A stretch of 64,000 nucleotides of DNA from an uncultured Candidatus Rokubacteria bacterium (lineage in GTDB: Bacteria; Methylomirabilota; Methylomirabilia; Rokubacteriales; CSP1-6): positions 32,001-96,000 of the forward strand of contig CAWBMV010000001.1 in NCBI GenBank assembly GCA_963789955.1, in the 5' to 3' direction. Positions 40,561 to 52,199 of the stretch are shown piece by piece. Each line of letters opens with the position of its first letter. The stretch's first letter is position 1. Position numbers and translations under genes: made by a program. The notes below the pieces were generated by a model. That model searched no databases. It saw only the letters and a list, made by a program, of their open reading frames with translations, and was not told where the DNA came from.

Positions 40561-40989
40561 CTAACCTTTCGGCTCCGGTCGGCTGGCCATGTAGCCCTTC
40601 GGTCGCAGACAATCCCCGTAGGTCTTGGCTAGAAGGTCTATCGCCGCTCGCGAAACCTGGGCTCCAGGATTGTAGGCCGGACCCTGGTTGACCAGGATCG
40701 TCCGGTCCCTCTCGGCGCGGTCGGAGTTCCACACTGTCCGGGCAGCAGCCTGGCACTCGGAAAGATCGGTCTGGACCTTCTCGGTGGGCGTGGGGCGGGG
40801 GGCCTGCACGACCATGTAAAGGTCCGGCTCTGTCCTCGGGGCCCAGTTGTTCCCTGTCCCTAGGATCAGGAGGGTGACCCGGTCGCCCTTGGCTACTGCC
40901 TCGACGTCGGAGGCGGACAACCCGGCGTGAGTCGCACACCCCGAGCAAGCCAGCACCAAGACCACCCAGATCAGCCTAAAGCGCCACAC
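40561..40989 (-). CDS. putative lipoprotein
   Basis: GTG start after GAGGGGG, lipobox-like CSGC, C-terminal DLSEC...YGDCLRPKGY. Confidence 0.6.
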   Translation of the reverse strand: MWRFRLIWVVLVLACSGCATHAGLSASDVEAVAKGDRVTLLILGTGNNWAPRTEPDLYMVVQAPRPTPTEKVQTDLSECQAAARTVWNSDRAERDRTILVNQGPAYNPGAQVSRAAIDLLAKTYGDCLRPKGYMASRPEPKG

Positions 40990-41040
40990 GTGTCCCCCTC
41001 TGTACCTCTCTATTCGCTGTGTTCTTGCCTGTGCAGGTTG

Positions 41041-41121
41041 CTGTGCTGCTGCCCCTCTGCGGCGAATGGCGCCAGCGTGAGGCTGAGCGTGAGAACCGAC
41101 CGCGAGCCCAATCAGCCGCAT
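41041..41121 (-). pseudogene. truncated 5' remnant of an ABC substrate-binding protein gene (signal peptide only)
   Basis: Reads MRLIGLAV-VLTLSLTLAPFAAEGQQ with one indel, resembling the N-terminus of 43601-44593. Confidence 0.45.
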
Positions 41122-41370
41122 GCTGCCGGGGAGTCTAGCGAAACGTCATGACGCGCACCAGCGTCCCGGCCAAGGGCACCGTGTGACTACCCCTGTCTAC
41201 TTGGCCTTCGGCCGGCGTGGTGCATAAGTCCCCGCAAACTTCATGGACCCATCTGTCGGAAAAGGTGAAGAACAGCGGGCAACGGCCCGTAGTTATCCAC
41301 CTGAATCCACCGAACTAATTTTGCTGCCCGCTTGACACACTCGTGTTGCGGAGGACAAGGATGCGGCGTC

Positions 41371-41706
41371 GTGCTTTTGTTCATTCGACTCAGATCGCTG
41401 CTGTTCGCGTTTTGTCCGGATCATCCGGTGGCGCAATGCGAGACTTGCCGCCGAACTTACACGCCCGAGCAACTCGGGACCGAGATCGCTGATGGTAGCT
41501 ACCGCTGCCGCGACTGTGGAAGCGATCTGAGAGAGTCAATCGTCGCCCACGCGCGGACGTGCGCGAATCTCATCCGGCAGAAGCCTCTGGCGCGGATGAC
41601 GTCAGCGGCCAGCTCCGCGATCCCTCCAGAGGTTTCGGAGCGTTTCGAGACCCGGCGTAGAGCCCGGCTGGCGTTGGAGACTCACGCGGCCCGCCAGGCC
41701 CGCTGA
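41371..41706 (+). CDS. small Cys/His-rich putative zinc-binding protein
   Basis: CPDH, CETC, CRDC, HARTC motifs. Confidence 0.5.
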   Translation: MLLFIRLRSLLFAFCPDHPVAQCETCRRTYTPEQLGTEIADGSYRCRDCGSDLRESIVAHARTCANLIRQKPLARMTSAASSAIPPEVSERFETRRRARLALETHAARQAR

Positions 41707-41723
41707 GCCGCAACAGGTCGACA

Positions 41724-41978
41724 GTGACATCTGAGCCGATCTATCCGCCCCTCTCGATGAAAGAGATCCAGACCTTACCCGAAGGCACACGCGTCATCGT
41801 CGTATGGGCGGAAGGAAACGACGGCCCCCACGAATACCGCGTGCACTGGCGCCGCGGCGAGCCGTACGCGCAGACCGATGAGGACCATCGCCGGGGCCGT
41901 GTGGATCTCGAGAAGTGGCTGACGTATTACATCGGGACCCGGCGCCCGTTCACGCGAGTCTGGGCTCTCACCGCTTAA
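41724..41978 (+). CDS. hypothetical protein
   Basis: 84-aa ORF with protein-like composition. Confidence 0.5.
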   Translation: MTSEPIYPPLSMKEIQTLPEGTRVIVVWAEGNDGPHEYRVHWRRGEPYAQTDEDHRRGRVDLEKWLTYYIGTRRPFTRVWALTA

Positions 41979-42048
41979 CGCCGATCCGAGGTGCGCTCAG
42001 CCTCGGACTTGAAATCGACACTCGAAGGATCTGGATGGCCCACGTGCA

Positions 42049-42216
42049 TCAGCGGGTTCCCCGCCCGGCGAGCATGATGACCCCAGACGCGGTCAAGGCG
42101 AAGCCCGCCACCAGGCTCGGCCACGGGTTAACACTGGGCGCGCGAGCCGTGAGGACGAACGAGGCGATGGCGAACAGAATGCCCGCGGCGACGCAGATCC
42201 AGGCGAAGACACGCAT
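42049..42216 (-). CDS. 55-aa two-TM membrane peptide (not in ORF track)
   Basis: MRVFAWICVAAGILFAIASFVLTARAPSVNPWPSLVAGFALTASGVIMLAGRGTR*; AGAAGG upstream. Confidence 0.55.
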   Translation of the reverse strand: MRVFAWICVAAGILFAIASFVLTARAPSVNPWPSLVAGFALTASGVIMLAGRGTR

Positions 42217-42227
42217 CCGGGTGCCTT

Positions 42228-42446
42228 CTAGGGCTTTGCCTCAGTGCTCGCCGGGTTGCTCACGATTCGATACGTCCAGATGTCGCCGACGCGGCGGGTG
42301 CCGGTCGTAAAGGCGACGAAACAGTGCCGGTGAAAGACATGCTGCGCGCCGTCTCGCTCAAACGTGACCTCCACCATGCTTGTGCCCGGCAAGTGGGGGA
42401 TGCTCTTCGAGCACAGGAAGCACGTTCGTTCTTTCGATTCGCTCAT
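42228..42446 (-). CDS. small putative zinc-binding protein
   Basis: CFLC...FHRHC motifs, 72 aa. Confidence 0.5.
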   Translation of the reverse strand: MSESKERTCFLCSKSIPHLPGTSMVEVTFERDGAQHVFHRHCFVAFTTGTRRVGDIWTYRIVSNPASTEAKP

Positions 42447-42616
42447 CGCAATCGAGCGTCCGACGTCGCCGCGCGTGCCTGCGGGCACATCCAGGGCTCG
42501 TATAACACAGCTGTTCCTCTGTTGGAAACAGCAATATCGGCAATACCTCTAGAAGGCACCTGATCGACAGAGATGTTCCGATGCCCGATACGGAGCTTCC
42601 TGCGCCCCGAGAGGCT

Positions 42617-43183
42617 CTAGCGGGGTAATGCCGCGGCGGCCGGAAAGCGCGCCAAGAGATCCGCGAGCTCCGCACTCGCGGGAAGGTGTCCCGGAGTGAG
42701 TGGAGCCCCTCGCGTCTGCGCGTCCTGAGACCTCCGGAGCGCGTCCACCACCATCTGGAGGGCCGCGTTCTCGCTGAGTCCTTGCGCTCGCACGAGGATC
42801 TCGACGGCTTTGGCGTTGGCGTCCAGCTCGCGCTGCTGCTGGGCGCGCTCCCATTCGGCCTGTGAAACGGCTTGCGGAATGATGCTGTCGTGGCCGAGCA
42901 CGTAATGTCCGAGCTCGTGCGCGACCAGTTTTGTCAGACCCGGCGAGTCGAGCATCCGGACGTTCAGGAAGATATTGCCCTGCCGGTAGACCCCGCCGAT
43001 GTTGAGATTGGTCGCGCGCTGAACCGAGATCCTGACAGACGGGAGACCATAGATGGCCGTGGTGCGGTCGGCGAGGAGCTGGATCTCGTCAAGCCTCTGT
43101 TGTTGCTGCGTCGTGAGGCTCACGCATCCACCCACGATGAGTCCGAGCAACAGCAGCCCGCTGGCTTTGACGATCCTGTTCAC
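42617..43183 (-). CDS. lipoprotein, M48-like Zn-metallopeptidase (paralogue of the N-domain of 37441-38592)
   Basis: GGCVSLT, IGGVYRQGN, AHELGHYVLGH, RELDANAKAVEI. Confidence 0.75.
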   Translation of the reverse strand: MNRIVKASGLLLLGLIVGGCVSLTTQQQQRLDEIQLLADRTTAIYGLPSVRISVQRATNLNIGGVYRQGNIFLNVRMLDSPGLTKLVAHELGHYVLGHDSIIPQAVSQAEWERAQQQRELDANAKAVEILVRAQGLSENAALQMVVDALRRSQDAQTRGAPLTPGHLPASAELADLLARFPAAAALPR

Positions 43184-43590
43184 GGAGTCGGCTGTACGGC
43201 CGCGGACTGACAGAAGCCTCGCGGAGAGACCGGAAGGTTGCGGCTCTGTCTCCGCTCCAGCGCCTCACACTCCTCTCGCGTCGAGCCGCCGATGTAGGAA
43301 CCGGTGGGAAGGTAGAGCGCCGGAATCAGCCAGTAGCCTGCTCCTCGACTGATCGTCAGCTGCACGCACGCCGGAGGAGCCGTGAAGTCCGCGCTCGTGT
43401 CTTCGTGCCGGGACTTCTCGCAGATGTAGCGGTCGGGTGTGTAAAACACTCGGCGCGCGCCGGTCCCACTGCGTGGCTCTCCGACATAGCCCCAGCCCGT
43501 CCCCGGCGTCGGCGGTGGGGTGCGTGGGGTGACGCAGCCTGCGAGCGCCGCTACCACCAGCATCGGCAACGCAAAGGGTCTGCGCCTCAC
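43180..43590 (-). CDS. putative lipoprotein
   Basis: Lipobox LAGC; GTGA overlap with the downstream gene. Confidence 0.6.
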   Translation of the reverse strand: MRRRPFALPMLVVAALAGCVTPRTPPPTPGTGWGYVGEPRSGTGARRVFYTPDRYICEKSRHEDTSADFTAPPACVQLTISRGAGYWLIPALYLPTGSYIGGSTREECEALERRQSRNLPVSPRGFCQSAAVQPTP

Positions 43591-43600
43591 GCCGATCTCC

Positions 43601-44593
43601 TCACTCGATCACCTGGTCGGCCAGCACCAGGATCGACTTCGGAATCGTCACGCCCAGAGTCCGGGCCGTCTTGAGATTGCAGATCAGCTCGAACGTCGTC
43701 GGCTGACCGATCGGCAGGTCTCCCGGCTTCGCGCCCTTCAGGATGCGGTCGACGTGGGTCGCAGCCTGCCGGTAGAGATCCTGCGGTTTGGGGCCGTAGC
43801 CGATGAGCGCGCCGAGCGTGGCCCACCGGCCGGCGTCGGCGATCGTCGGGAGCCGGTTCTTCAGGGCGAGGTCGAGGAGCTGTGGCGCCAGCTCTGAGAT
43901 GGCCGGATCGTCCCAGATCAGGACCGCGCCGTCGCGCTCCTTTCGCATCTCGGCGAACACGGCCGGGAGCTCCTCGGCATCGTCGAAGTGAACGTAGCGG
44001 AGCTTGAGACCGAGGCTCTGCGCGGCGTCTTCGGTGGCTCGCTGATAGACCGCGAGAATGCCCGCGTGCCACAGGAATCGCCGGAGCACCGCGACGCGCG
44101 ACAGCGTCGGATTGAGCTCGCGGAGCATCTGCAGTCGCTTGCCCATGATCTCCGGCGCGTAGCTCTGCATCCCCGTGATGTTGCCGCCGGGATGGTTCAG
44201 GCTCGGCACGATGCCGGAGCCGACCAGATCTCCGGCCGCCAGGGTCACGATCGGAATGGTTCGGGTCACCTGCTGGATCGCCGCGGCCCGGGCGCCACCC
44301 GACACCACGATGACGTCGACCTTCATGCGGACGAATTCCTCGGCCGTCTGCTGAAGGCTGGTCCGGCTCGTCGCCCGACGGTGCTCGAACACGAAGTTCT
44401 TCCCCTCGATCCAGCCGAGGTTGCGCAGCGCTTGAACGAACGCGGGCCAGTGCTCAGCTCGACGCTCGGGCTGGTCGAAGTCCACCGACGCGACGTGTCC
44501 GATGTGATAGACCTTGGCGGCCTGTTGCGCCTGCGCCGTGAGCGCGGCCAACAGGAGGCTCGGCGCGAGAATCGCCAGGGCGACTAGCCGCAT
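43601..44593 (-). CDS. ABC transporter substrate-binding protein (ABC_sub_bind/PF04392-type)
   Basis: LGWIEGKNF, SLNHPGGNITG, VDRILKGAKPGDLPIGQPTTFELICNLKTA, ADQVIE. Confidence 0.88.
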   Translation of the reverse strand: MRLVALAILAPSLLLAALTAQAQQAAKVYHIGHVASVDFDQPERRAEHWPAFVQALRNLGWIEGKNFVFEHRRATSRTSLQQTAEEFVRMKVDVIVVSGGARAAAIQQVTRTIPIVTLAAGDLVGSGIVPSLNHPGGNITGMQSYAPEIMGKRLQMLRELNPTLSRVAVLRRFLWHAGILAVYQRATEDAAQSLGLKLRYVHFDDAEELPAVFAEMRKERDGAVLIWDDPAISELAPQLLDLALKNRLPTIADAGRWATLGALIGYGPKPQDLYRQAATHVDRILKGAKPGDLPIGQPTTFELICNLKTARTLGVTIPKSILVLADQVIE

Positions 44594-44746
44594 GCGTCAC
44601 TCATGTCGGGGTTGCTGGCGGCGAGTCTAGCAGAGAGACCGCGTCCGGTGATGAGACGGCGGGCGCGCCGGATGCTCGAGTCGCGACGGGCGTGGTACCA
44701 TGCGAGGGCTCGTGATGCGAACGCTCGAAATCACTCTGGAGTGTCG

Positions 44747-46015
44747 ATGAAAGTCGCGGTCGAAGCGATCGAGGGTTGCAAGCGTCGTCTGGCCGTCGAG
44801 GCGCCGGTCGACGTCGTGCAGCAGGAATGGGAGCGCGCCTACGGTCGCGTGCAGAAGCAGGCGCGCCTGCCCGGATTCCGGAAGGGCCACGTGCCGCGCT
44901 CGCTCGTCAAGGTGCACTTCTCCGACGACGTGCGCCGCGAGGTCGCCGAGCACCTGATTCCCGACGTCTACCGCCAGGCGCTGACCGAAGCGAAGCTGGA
45001 TCCGGTCAACGAGCCCGACCTCCAGGAAGTGCGGCTGGAAGAGGGCGCGCCGCTGAGCTTCGTCGCGGTCGTCGAGGTGAAGCCGGCGATCGACCTGACC
45101 GACTACAAAGGCGTCGAGGTGGAGCACGCGCCGGTGGCGGTCACCGCCGACGACCTCTCCACGACGCTCGATCACATGCGCGAGCAGCAGGCGCAGTTCC
45201 ATGCGGTCGAGCGCCCGGCCGCCACCGGCGATCTCGTCGTGGTCGATTACTCGATCGCCATCGAGGGTCACGACCCGTCGAGCCAGAGCGGCTACGAGTT
45301 CCTGGTCGGCGCCCGCAACGTGCTGCCCGAGATCGACGACGCCGTGATCGGGCTCAAGGCGGGTGAGGAGCGCCAGGTCACGCTCCGCTTCGCCGACGAC
45401 CACCGCCGCGAAGACCTGCGCGGGCGCGGCGGCAACGCGACCGTCAAGGTCGTCGAGGTCAAGGAGAAGGCGCTGCCGGCGCTCGACGACGACTTCGCCA
45501 AGTCGCTCGGCGAGTTCGAGACGCTCGAGGCGCTGCGCACCGAGCTGCAGAAGCAGCTCGAGACGCGGCGTGAGCACGACGAGCAGCGCGCGCTGCAGGA
45601 AAAGGTCGTCGACGCGGTCATCGCCCGGCACGAGTTCACGGTGCCGGACGCGCTGGTCATGCGCCAGGTGGCCCATCGCATCGAGCACGCGCGTGAGTCG
45701 GTCCGTCGCCAGGGCATCGACCCGGAACGGATGCCCTGGGACTACGAGAAGCTGATCGCCGAGCTCCGCCCCGGCGCCGAGAAGGCGGTGCGCCGGGCGC
45801 TCCTGCTCGAGGCGATCGCCGACAAGGAGGCGATCGCGCCCACCGACGCCGACGTCGACGCCGAGGTCGAAAAGCTCGCGCAGGCCAGTCAGCGGCCCAC
45901 ACCGGCCCTCCGTCGTATGATGGAGAAAAGCGGCGACCTGGAGGGACTGCGGCAGGGCATCCGCGACCGCATGACTCTCGAGCTGCTGGTCGCCAACGCG
46001 AAAGTTCGAGCCTAA
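44747..46015 (+). CDS. tig: trigger factor
   Basis: [10 protein letters not shown] ribosome-binding motif, FKBP-like domain, [10 protein letters not shown]; lies upstream of clpP. Confidence 0.95.
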   Translation: MKVAVEAIEGCKRRLAVEAPVDVVQQEWERAYGRVQKQARLPGFRKGHVPRSLVKVHFSDDVRREVAEHLIPDVYRQALTEAKLDPVNEPDLQEVRLEEGAPLSFVAVVEVKPAIDLTDYKGVEVEHAPVAVTADDLSTTLDHMREQQAQFHAVERPAATGDLVVVDYSIAIEGHDPSSQSGYEFLVGARNVLPEIDDAVIGLKAGEERQVTLRFADDHRREDLRGRGGNATVKVVEVKEKALPALDDDFAKSLGEFETLEALRTELQKQLETRREHDEQRALQEKVVDAVIARHEFTVPDALVMRQVAHRIEHARESVRRQGIDPERMPWDYEKLIAELRPGAEKAVRRALLLEAIADKEAIAPTDADVDAEVEKLAQASQRPTPALRRMMEKSGDLEGLRQGIRDRMTLELLVANAKVRA

Positions 46016-46083
46016 CGCGAGCTGTGGGACGCGGAGCTCAGGCTCCGCCGTCTGGAGGTGCGTCGATGACGAGGAGATCGCCG

Positions 46084-46714
46084 ATGGGTCTGGTTCCGAT
46101 GGTCGTCGAGCAGACGCCGCGTGGCGAGCGCGCGTTCGACATCTTTTCGCGCCTGTTGAAGGAGCGGATCATCTTCTCTGCCGACCTTCATCGAGGACGA
46201 GCTGGCGAATCTCGTGATCGCCCAGATGCTCTACCTCGAGGCCGACGATCCCGACAAGGACATCAACCTCTACATCAACTCACCCGGCGGCTCCGTGACC
46301 GCCGGGATGGCCATCTACGACACGATGCAGTATGTGAAGCCGGCGATCTCGACCATCTGCATGGGCCAGGCGGCGTCGATGGGCGCGCTGCTCTTGTGCG
46401 CGGGCGCCAGGGGCAAGCGGTTCGCGCTGCCGCACGCGCGGATCATGATCCACCAGCCGCTCGGCGGCGTGCAGGGGCAGGCGACCGACATCGACATCCA
46501 GGCCAAGGAGATCCTCCGGATGCGCGAGGAATTGAACCGCATCCTCGTGCACCACACCGGCCAGGGCATGGAGAAGATCCAGCGCGACACCGATCGCGAC
46601 TTTTTCATGACCGCCGAGCAGGCCAAGGAATATAGAATCGTCGACGAAGTGATCTCCTCGAAGCCGACGACCCGACCGGTGAGCGAAGCCTCGGCGCTCA
46701 CGCTCCAGAAGTAG
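46084..46714 (+). CDS. clpP: ATP-dependent Clp protease proteolytic subunit; frameshift near 46178
   Basis: [50 protein letters not shown]. Confidence 0.95.
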
Positions 46715-46721
46715 CGAGCGC

Positions 46722-47965
<1,244 letters not shown>

Positions 47966-47969
<4 letters not shown>

Positions 47970-48640
47970 GCGGCATTCTCTTTGTAGTCGCAACGCCGAT
48001 CGGCAACCTCGAAGACATCACTCTCCGCGCGCTCCGAGTCCTGCGCGAGGTCGACCTGATCGCCTGCGAGGATACGCGCCGAACGCGGGCGCTCCTGACG
48101 CATTTCGACATTCACAAGCCGACCATCAGCTACTACGAGCACAACAAGCTCGCGCGGGGTCCGCAGCTCCTGCGCGATCTGGCCGCCGGCCGCTCGATCG
48201 CCCTGGTGACCGACGCGGGCACCCCGGGGATCTCCGACCCGGGCATCCTTCTGGTCCGCGAGGCGCGCGCCCAGGGGATCACGGTCGTGCCGATCCCGGG
48301 CCCGGCCGCGGTCATCACGGCGCTCTCGGCCTCAGGCCTCGCCGCCGACGGGTTCGTGTTCGACGGCTTCTTGCCGATCAAGCCCGGCAAGCGGCTCCAC
48401 CGCCTCCAGGCGCTGCGAGAGATCGGGTCGACCATCGTGGTCTACGAGTCGCCCCACCGCATCGTGGCCACCCTGAGCGCGATCGGCGAGGTCTTCGGCG
48501 ACGTGGAGGTCGTGGTTGCGCGCGAGCTCACCAAGCAGTACGAGGAGATCGTGACGGCGACCCCGACCATGCACCTGGCCCGGCTGGCCGCGGCCACGCC
48601 CCGAGGCGAGTTCACGGTGGTCATCCCGGCCGGCGGCTGA
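47966..48640 (+). CDS. rsmI: 16S rRNA (cytidine-1402-2'-O)-methyltransferase; probable CTG start
   Basis: (L)[49 protein letters not shown]. Confidence 0.9.
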
Positions 48641-48682
48641 CCGGCGGGCGGCGACGCGGGGGCGTGTATACTTCGGACGTCT

Positions 48683-49471
48683 ATGGGCGTACCCAAAGCG
48701 CTGACGATCGCCGGCTCGGATTCCGGCGGCGGCGCGGGCATTCAGGCGGATCTCAAGACCTTCTCGGCATTCCGCGTGTTCGGGATGAGCGCGATCACGG
48801 CCGTGACCGCTCAGAACTCACTCGGTGTCCAGGGTGTCTTCAATCTGCCTCCCGAGTTCGTGAGCCTGCAGATCGACTCCGTCCTCTCCGACTTCGGCGC
48901 CGACGCGATCAAGATCGGGATGCTCTCGACGGCGCCGATCATCGCCGCGGTCGCCGAGCGGCTGCGCGCGCACGCCCGTGAGAAGGTCGTGCTCGACCCG
49001 GTGATGATCGCCAAGTCGGGCGACGCGCTCCTGCAGCCCGAGGCGCGGACGGCGCTCATCAAGGAGCTCCTGCCGCTGGCGCTGGTGGTCACCCCGAACC
49101 TGCACGAGGCCGAGGTGCTCGCCGGCATGACGGTCTCGACCGAGAGCGAGATGGAAGAGGCCGCGCGACGCATCCTGGCGCTCGGCCCCCGCAACGTGCT
49201 GGTGAAGGGCGGACACCTGAGAGATTCGGCGACCGACATCCTGTGGAACGGGAAAGACTTCGCCCGCTTCGCGGCGCCGCGCCTGCCCTCGAACAGCACC
49301 CACGGCACGGGCTGCACGTTTTCGTCGGCGATCGCCGCCTGCCTGGCGCGAGGCCACGCCCTGAAGGACGCGGTCAGCGAGTCGAAGGCGTACGTGACCG
49401 CGGCGATCCGCGAGGGCTTTCAGGCCGGCGGCGGAGTCGGCGCGCTCCGGCACTTCGTGACGAATTGGTAG
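48683..49471 (+). CDS. thiD: hydroxymethylpyrimidine/phosphomethylpyrimidine kinase
   Basis: TIAGSDSGGGAGIQADLKT, DPVM, TPNL, KGGH, THGTGCT. Confidence 0.93.
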   Translation: MGVPKALTIAGSDSGGGAGIQADLKTFSAFRVFGMSAITAVTAQNSLGVQGVFNLPPEFVSLQIDSVLSDFGADAIKIGMLSTAPIIAAVAERLRAHAREKVVLDPVMIAKSGDALLQPEARTALIKELLPLALVVTPNLHEAEVLAGMTVSTESEMEEAARRILALGPRNVLVKGGHLRDSATDILWNGKDFARFAAPRLPSNSTHGTGCTFSSAIAACLARGHALKDAVSESKAYVTAAIREGFQAGGGVGALRHFVTNW

Positions 49472-49473
49472 CC

Positions 49474-50235
49474 ATGCTGCGGTCCGTCGAAGACGCGAAG
49501 ATGTCCTTCATGGAGCACCTGGGCGAGCTCCGCATCCGCATCGTCCGCGCCCTCATCGCGCTTCTGGTCGGCACCGTGATCGTGCTGCCGTTCAGCCAGT
49601 ACATCGTGGATTGGCTGTCGCGGCCCGTGACCAGGCTCAACTACAGCTGGTCTTCACGGCGCCGGCCGAGGCGTTCTGGGTGCAGATGAAGGTCGGGCTG
49701 ATCGTCGGCATCTTCCTCGCGGCGCCGGCGATCCTCTGGCAGGTCTGGGCCTTCGTCGCGCCGGGGCTTCACAGCCACGAGAAGAAGTACGCGCTGCCGT
49801 TCGTGGTCATCGGCTCGTTGCTGTTCATGGGCGGCGGCGCCTTCTCGCTGTTCGTGGTGACGCCGTACGCGATCCAGTTCCTGCTGAGCTATGCCCGGCC
49901 CGGGACTCCAGCCGATGATCACTCTGCAGAACCATATCGACTTCCTGCTGAAGTTCACGCTCGCCTTCGGCGCCGTCTTCGAGCTGCCGCTGGCCCTGAC
50001 GATCCTGGCGCGCATCGGCATCGTGAACTCGAAGATGCTCGCCCGGAACCGGAAGTACGCGATCCTCGGCGCGTTCGTCGCCGGCGCCGTGCTCACGCCC
50101 ACGCCCGACGCGTTCAACCAGACGCTCATGGCCGGCCCGCTGATCCTCCTCTACGAAGTCGGGATCATCTGCGCGCGCATCTTCGGGCGCAAGCCGGCGC
50201 CCGCGCCGGAACCCGCGCCGGCCGAATCGGCCTAG
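49474..50235 (+). CDS. tatC: twin-arginine translocase subunit TatC; two frameshifts
   Basis: MSFMEHLGELR, WAFVAPGL, FGAVFELP, LTPTPD, LYEVGI. Confidence 0.9.
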
Positions 50236-51689
50236 ATGGACTTCGCCTCGCTCGATCTGCCCGAACCCGTCATGCAGGGGATCCGTGAGGCGGGGTTCGT
50301 GACCGCCACGCCGATTCAAGAGGCCGCGCTGCCGCTGGCGCTGCGCGGCAAGGACGTGGCCGGCCAGGCGCAGACCGGAACCGGAAAGACCGCGGCGTTC
50401 CTGATCGCGGCGTTCACCAAGCTGCTGCGCACCCCGGTGCCGCCGGCGCCGCCGGGAGTGGGCGCGCCTCGCATGCTCGTGATCGCGCCGACGCGCGAGC
50501 TGGTCGTGCAGATCGAGTCCGACGCGCGACTCCTCGGCCGGTTCACGCCGTTCCGGACCCTCGCGGTCTACGGCGGTATCGACTACGCCAAGCAGCGCGA
50601 GACGCTCGCGGCGGGCTGCGACATCCTGGTCGGCACGCCGGGGCGGCTGATCGACTACCTCAAGCAGCACGTGTGGAGCACGCGGCGCGTCGAGATCCTC
50701 GTCATCGACGAGGCCGACCGGATGTTCGACATGGGGTTCATCGCCGACCTCCGGTTCATCCTCCGCCGCCTGCCGCCGCCGGAGAAGCGGCAGTCACACC
50801 TCTTCTCCGCCACGTTGTCGTTCCGGGTGCTCGAGCTCACCTGGGAGTTCATGAACAATCCGGCGCAGATCACGATCATGCCGCAGCAGAAGACGGCCGA
50901 GCGCGTCGAGCAGTCGCTGTTCCACGTCGGCCGCGAGGAGAAGTTCCCGCTGCTGCTGGGGCTGCTCCGGCGCGAGGGCGGCGATCGGATCCTGATCTTC
51001 TCGAACACGCGCGAGGAGGCGCGGCGCCTCGAAGACCGGCTGACGCGCAACGCCTGGGAGACGCGCGCCCTCACCGGCGACGTCGACCAGAAGCGCCGGC
51101 TGAAGATCCTCAACGACTTCAAGGAGGGCCGCCTGCCCATCCTGGTCGCCACCGACGTCGCCTCGCGCGGGCTGCACATCGAGGCGGTGACCCACGTCGT
51201 CAACTGGGACCTGCCGCAGGACGCCGAAGACTACGTGCACCGGATCGGCCGCACCGCGCGCGCCGGCGCGGGCGGCAAGGCGATCAGCCTGGTCGATGAG
51301 TCGAGCGCCCTGGCCCTCGAAGCGATCGAGAAGTTCATCGGCCAGAAGATCGCGGTCGAATGGGCTGACGACGACGTCTTCATGCAGGAGATCAAGCCGA
51401 CGCGCGGAAGAACGCCGCCGCTACGCCGACGAGCGCCGTGCACGGCTCGCGGCGCGCGACCGCTTCGGCGACCGCGATCGTGGCCGCCGTGGCGGAGGCG
51501 GCGGTGGCGGCCGCTCGCACGGCCGCCCGCACAGCGAGCCGCCGCCGGCGAGCCGTCCGCCGTCTCCCGCGCCCGCCGCCGCCGCCGCCGTCGGGCGACG
51601 CGGGCACCGGCCAGCGCCGCCGTCGTCGGCGTCGCGGGCGGCGCAGCGGACCGCGTCCGGAGGTCGCCGCCCCCGGCTTAGTGGGCTGA
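50236..51689 (+). CDS. rhlB: DEAD-box RNA helicase (RhlB-like); frameshifts in C-terminal tail
   Basis: AQTGTGKT, PTREL, DEAD, SAT, HRIGRTAR; Arg/Gly-rich tail. Confidence 0.75.
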
Positions 51690-51695
51690 CGGCGC

Positions 51696-52165
51696 GTGGG
51701 GGTGGCTCGTGCGCGCCGCGATGTCCGCGAGCCCAGCGACTGCGGAGCCGGCTCGCGGCCTCGCCGGGCTCACGACGCTCGGCGTGGACATCGATCTCGA
51801 CGCGAACCAGGATTCGTTGTCCTCCGAGCAGCTCACGCGCCGGATCGACGCGCGGCTGCGCGCGCCGCGCCGGCCGACCCTCGATCCCGCCAGCCCCGCT
51901 CGCCTGCACTCACCGTGTCGCTCCGGCCTACAGCGCCTCCACCCTGCGCGGTTTCTGGCTGCCATTCTCCGGAACCTACGGAATCGGCCCGGTCCGGTTG
52001 AGCGTGGAGCGCACCGCCATGGTGAGCCGGCATGTCCACACCCATTCTCACGAGCGTATGGGACGCGGAGCGGCAGGCCGCCGGTCCGTGGCGAGAATCC
52101 CCGGCCGAAATCTGAGGCTACTCGACGAAGCCCTCTCCGATTTCCTCGACGCCTACAACCGCTGA
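51696..52165 (+). CDS. hypothetical protein (frameshifted)
   Basis: Protein-like segments across frames: LGVDIDLD..., YSASTLRGFWLPFSGTYGIG, LLDEALSDFLDAY. Confidence 0.4.
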
Positions 52166-52199
52166 GATTGCTGATCGAGCGCGGGCCAAGGCTGCGAAG

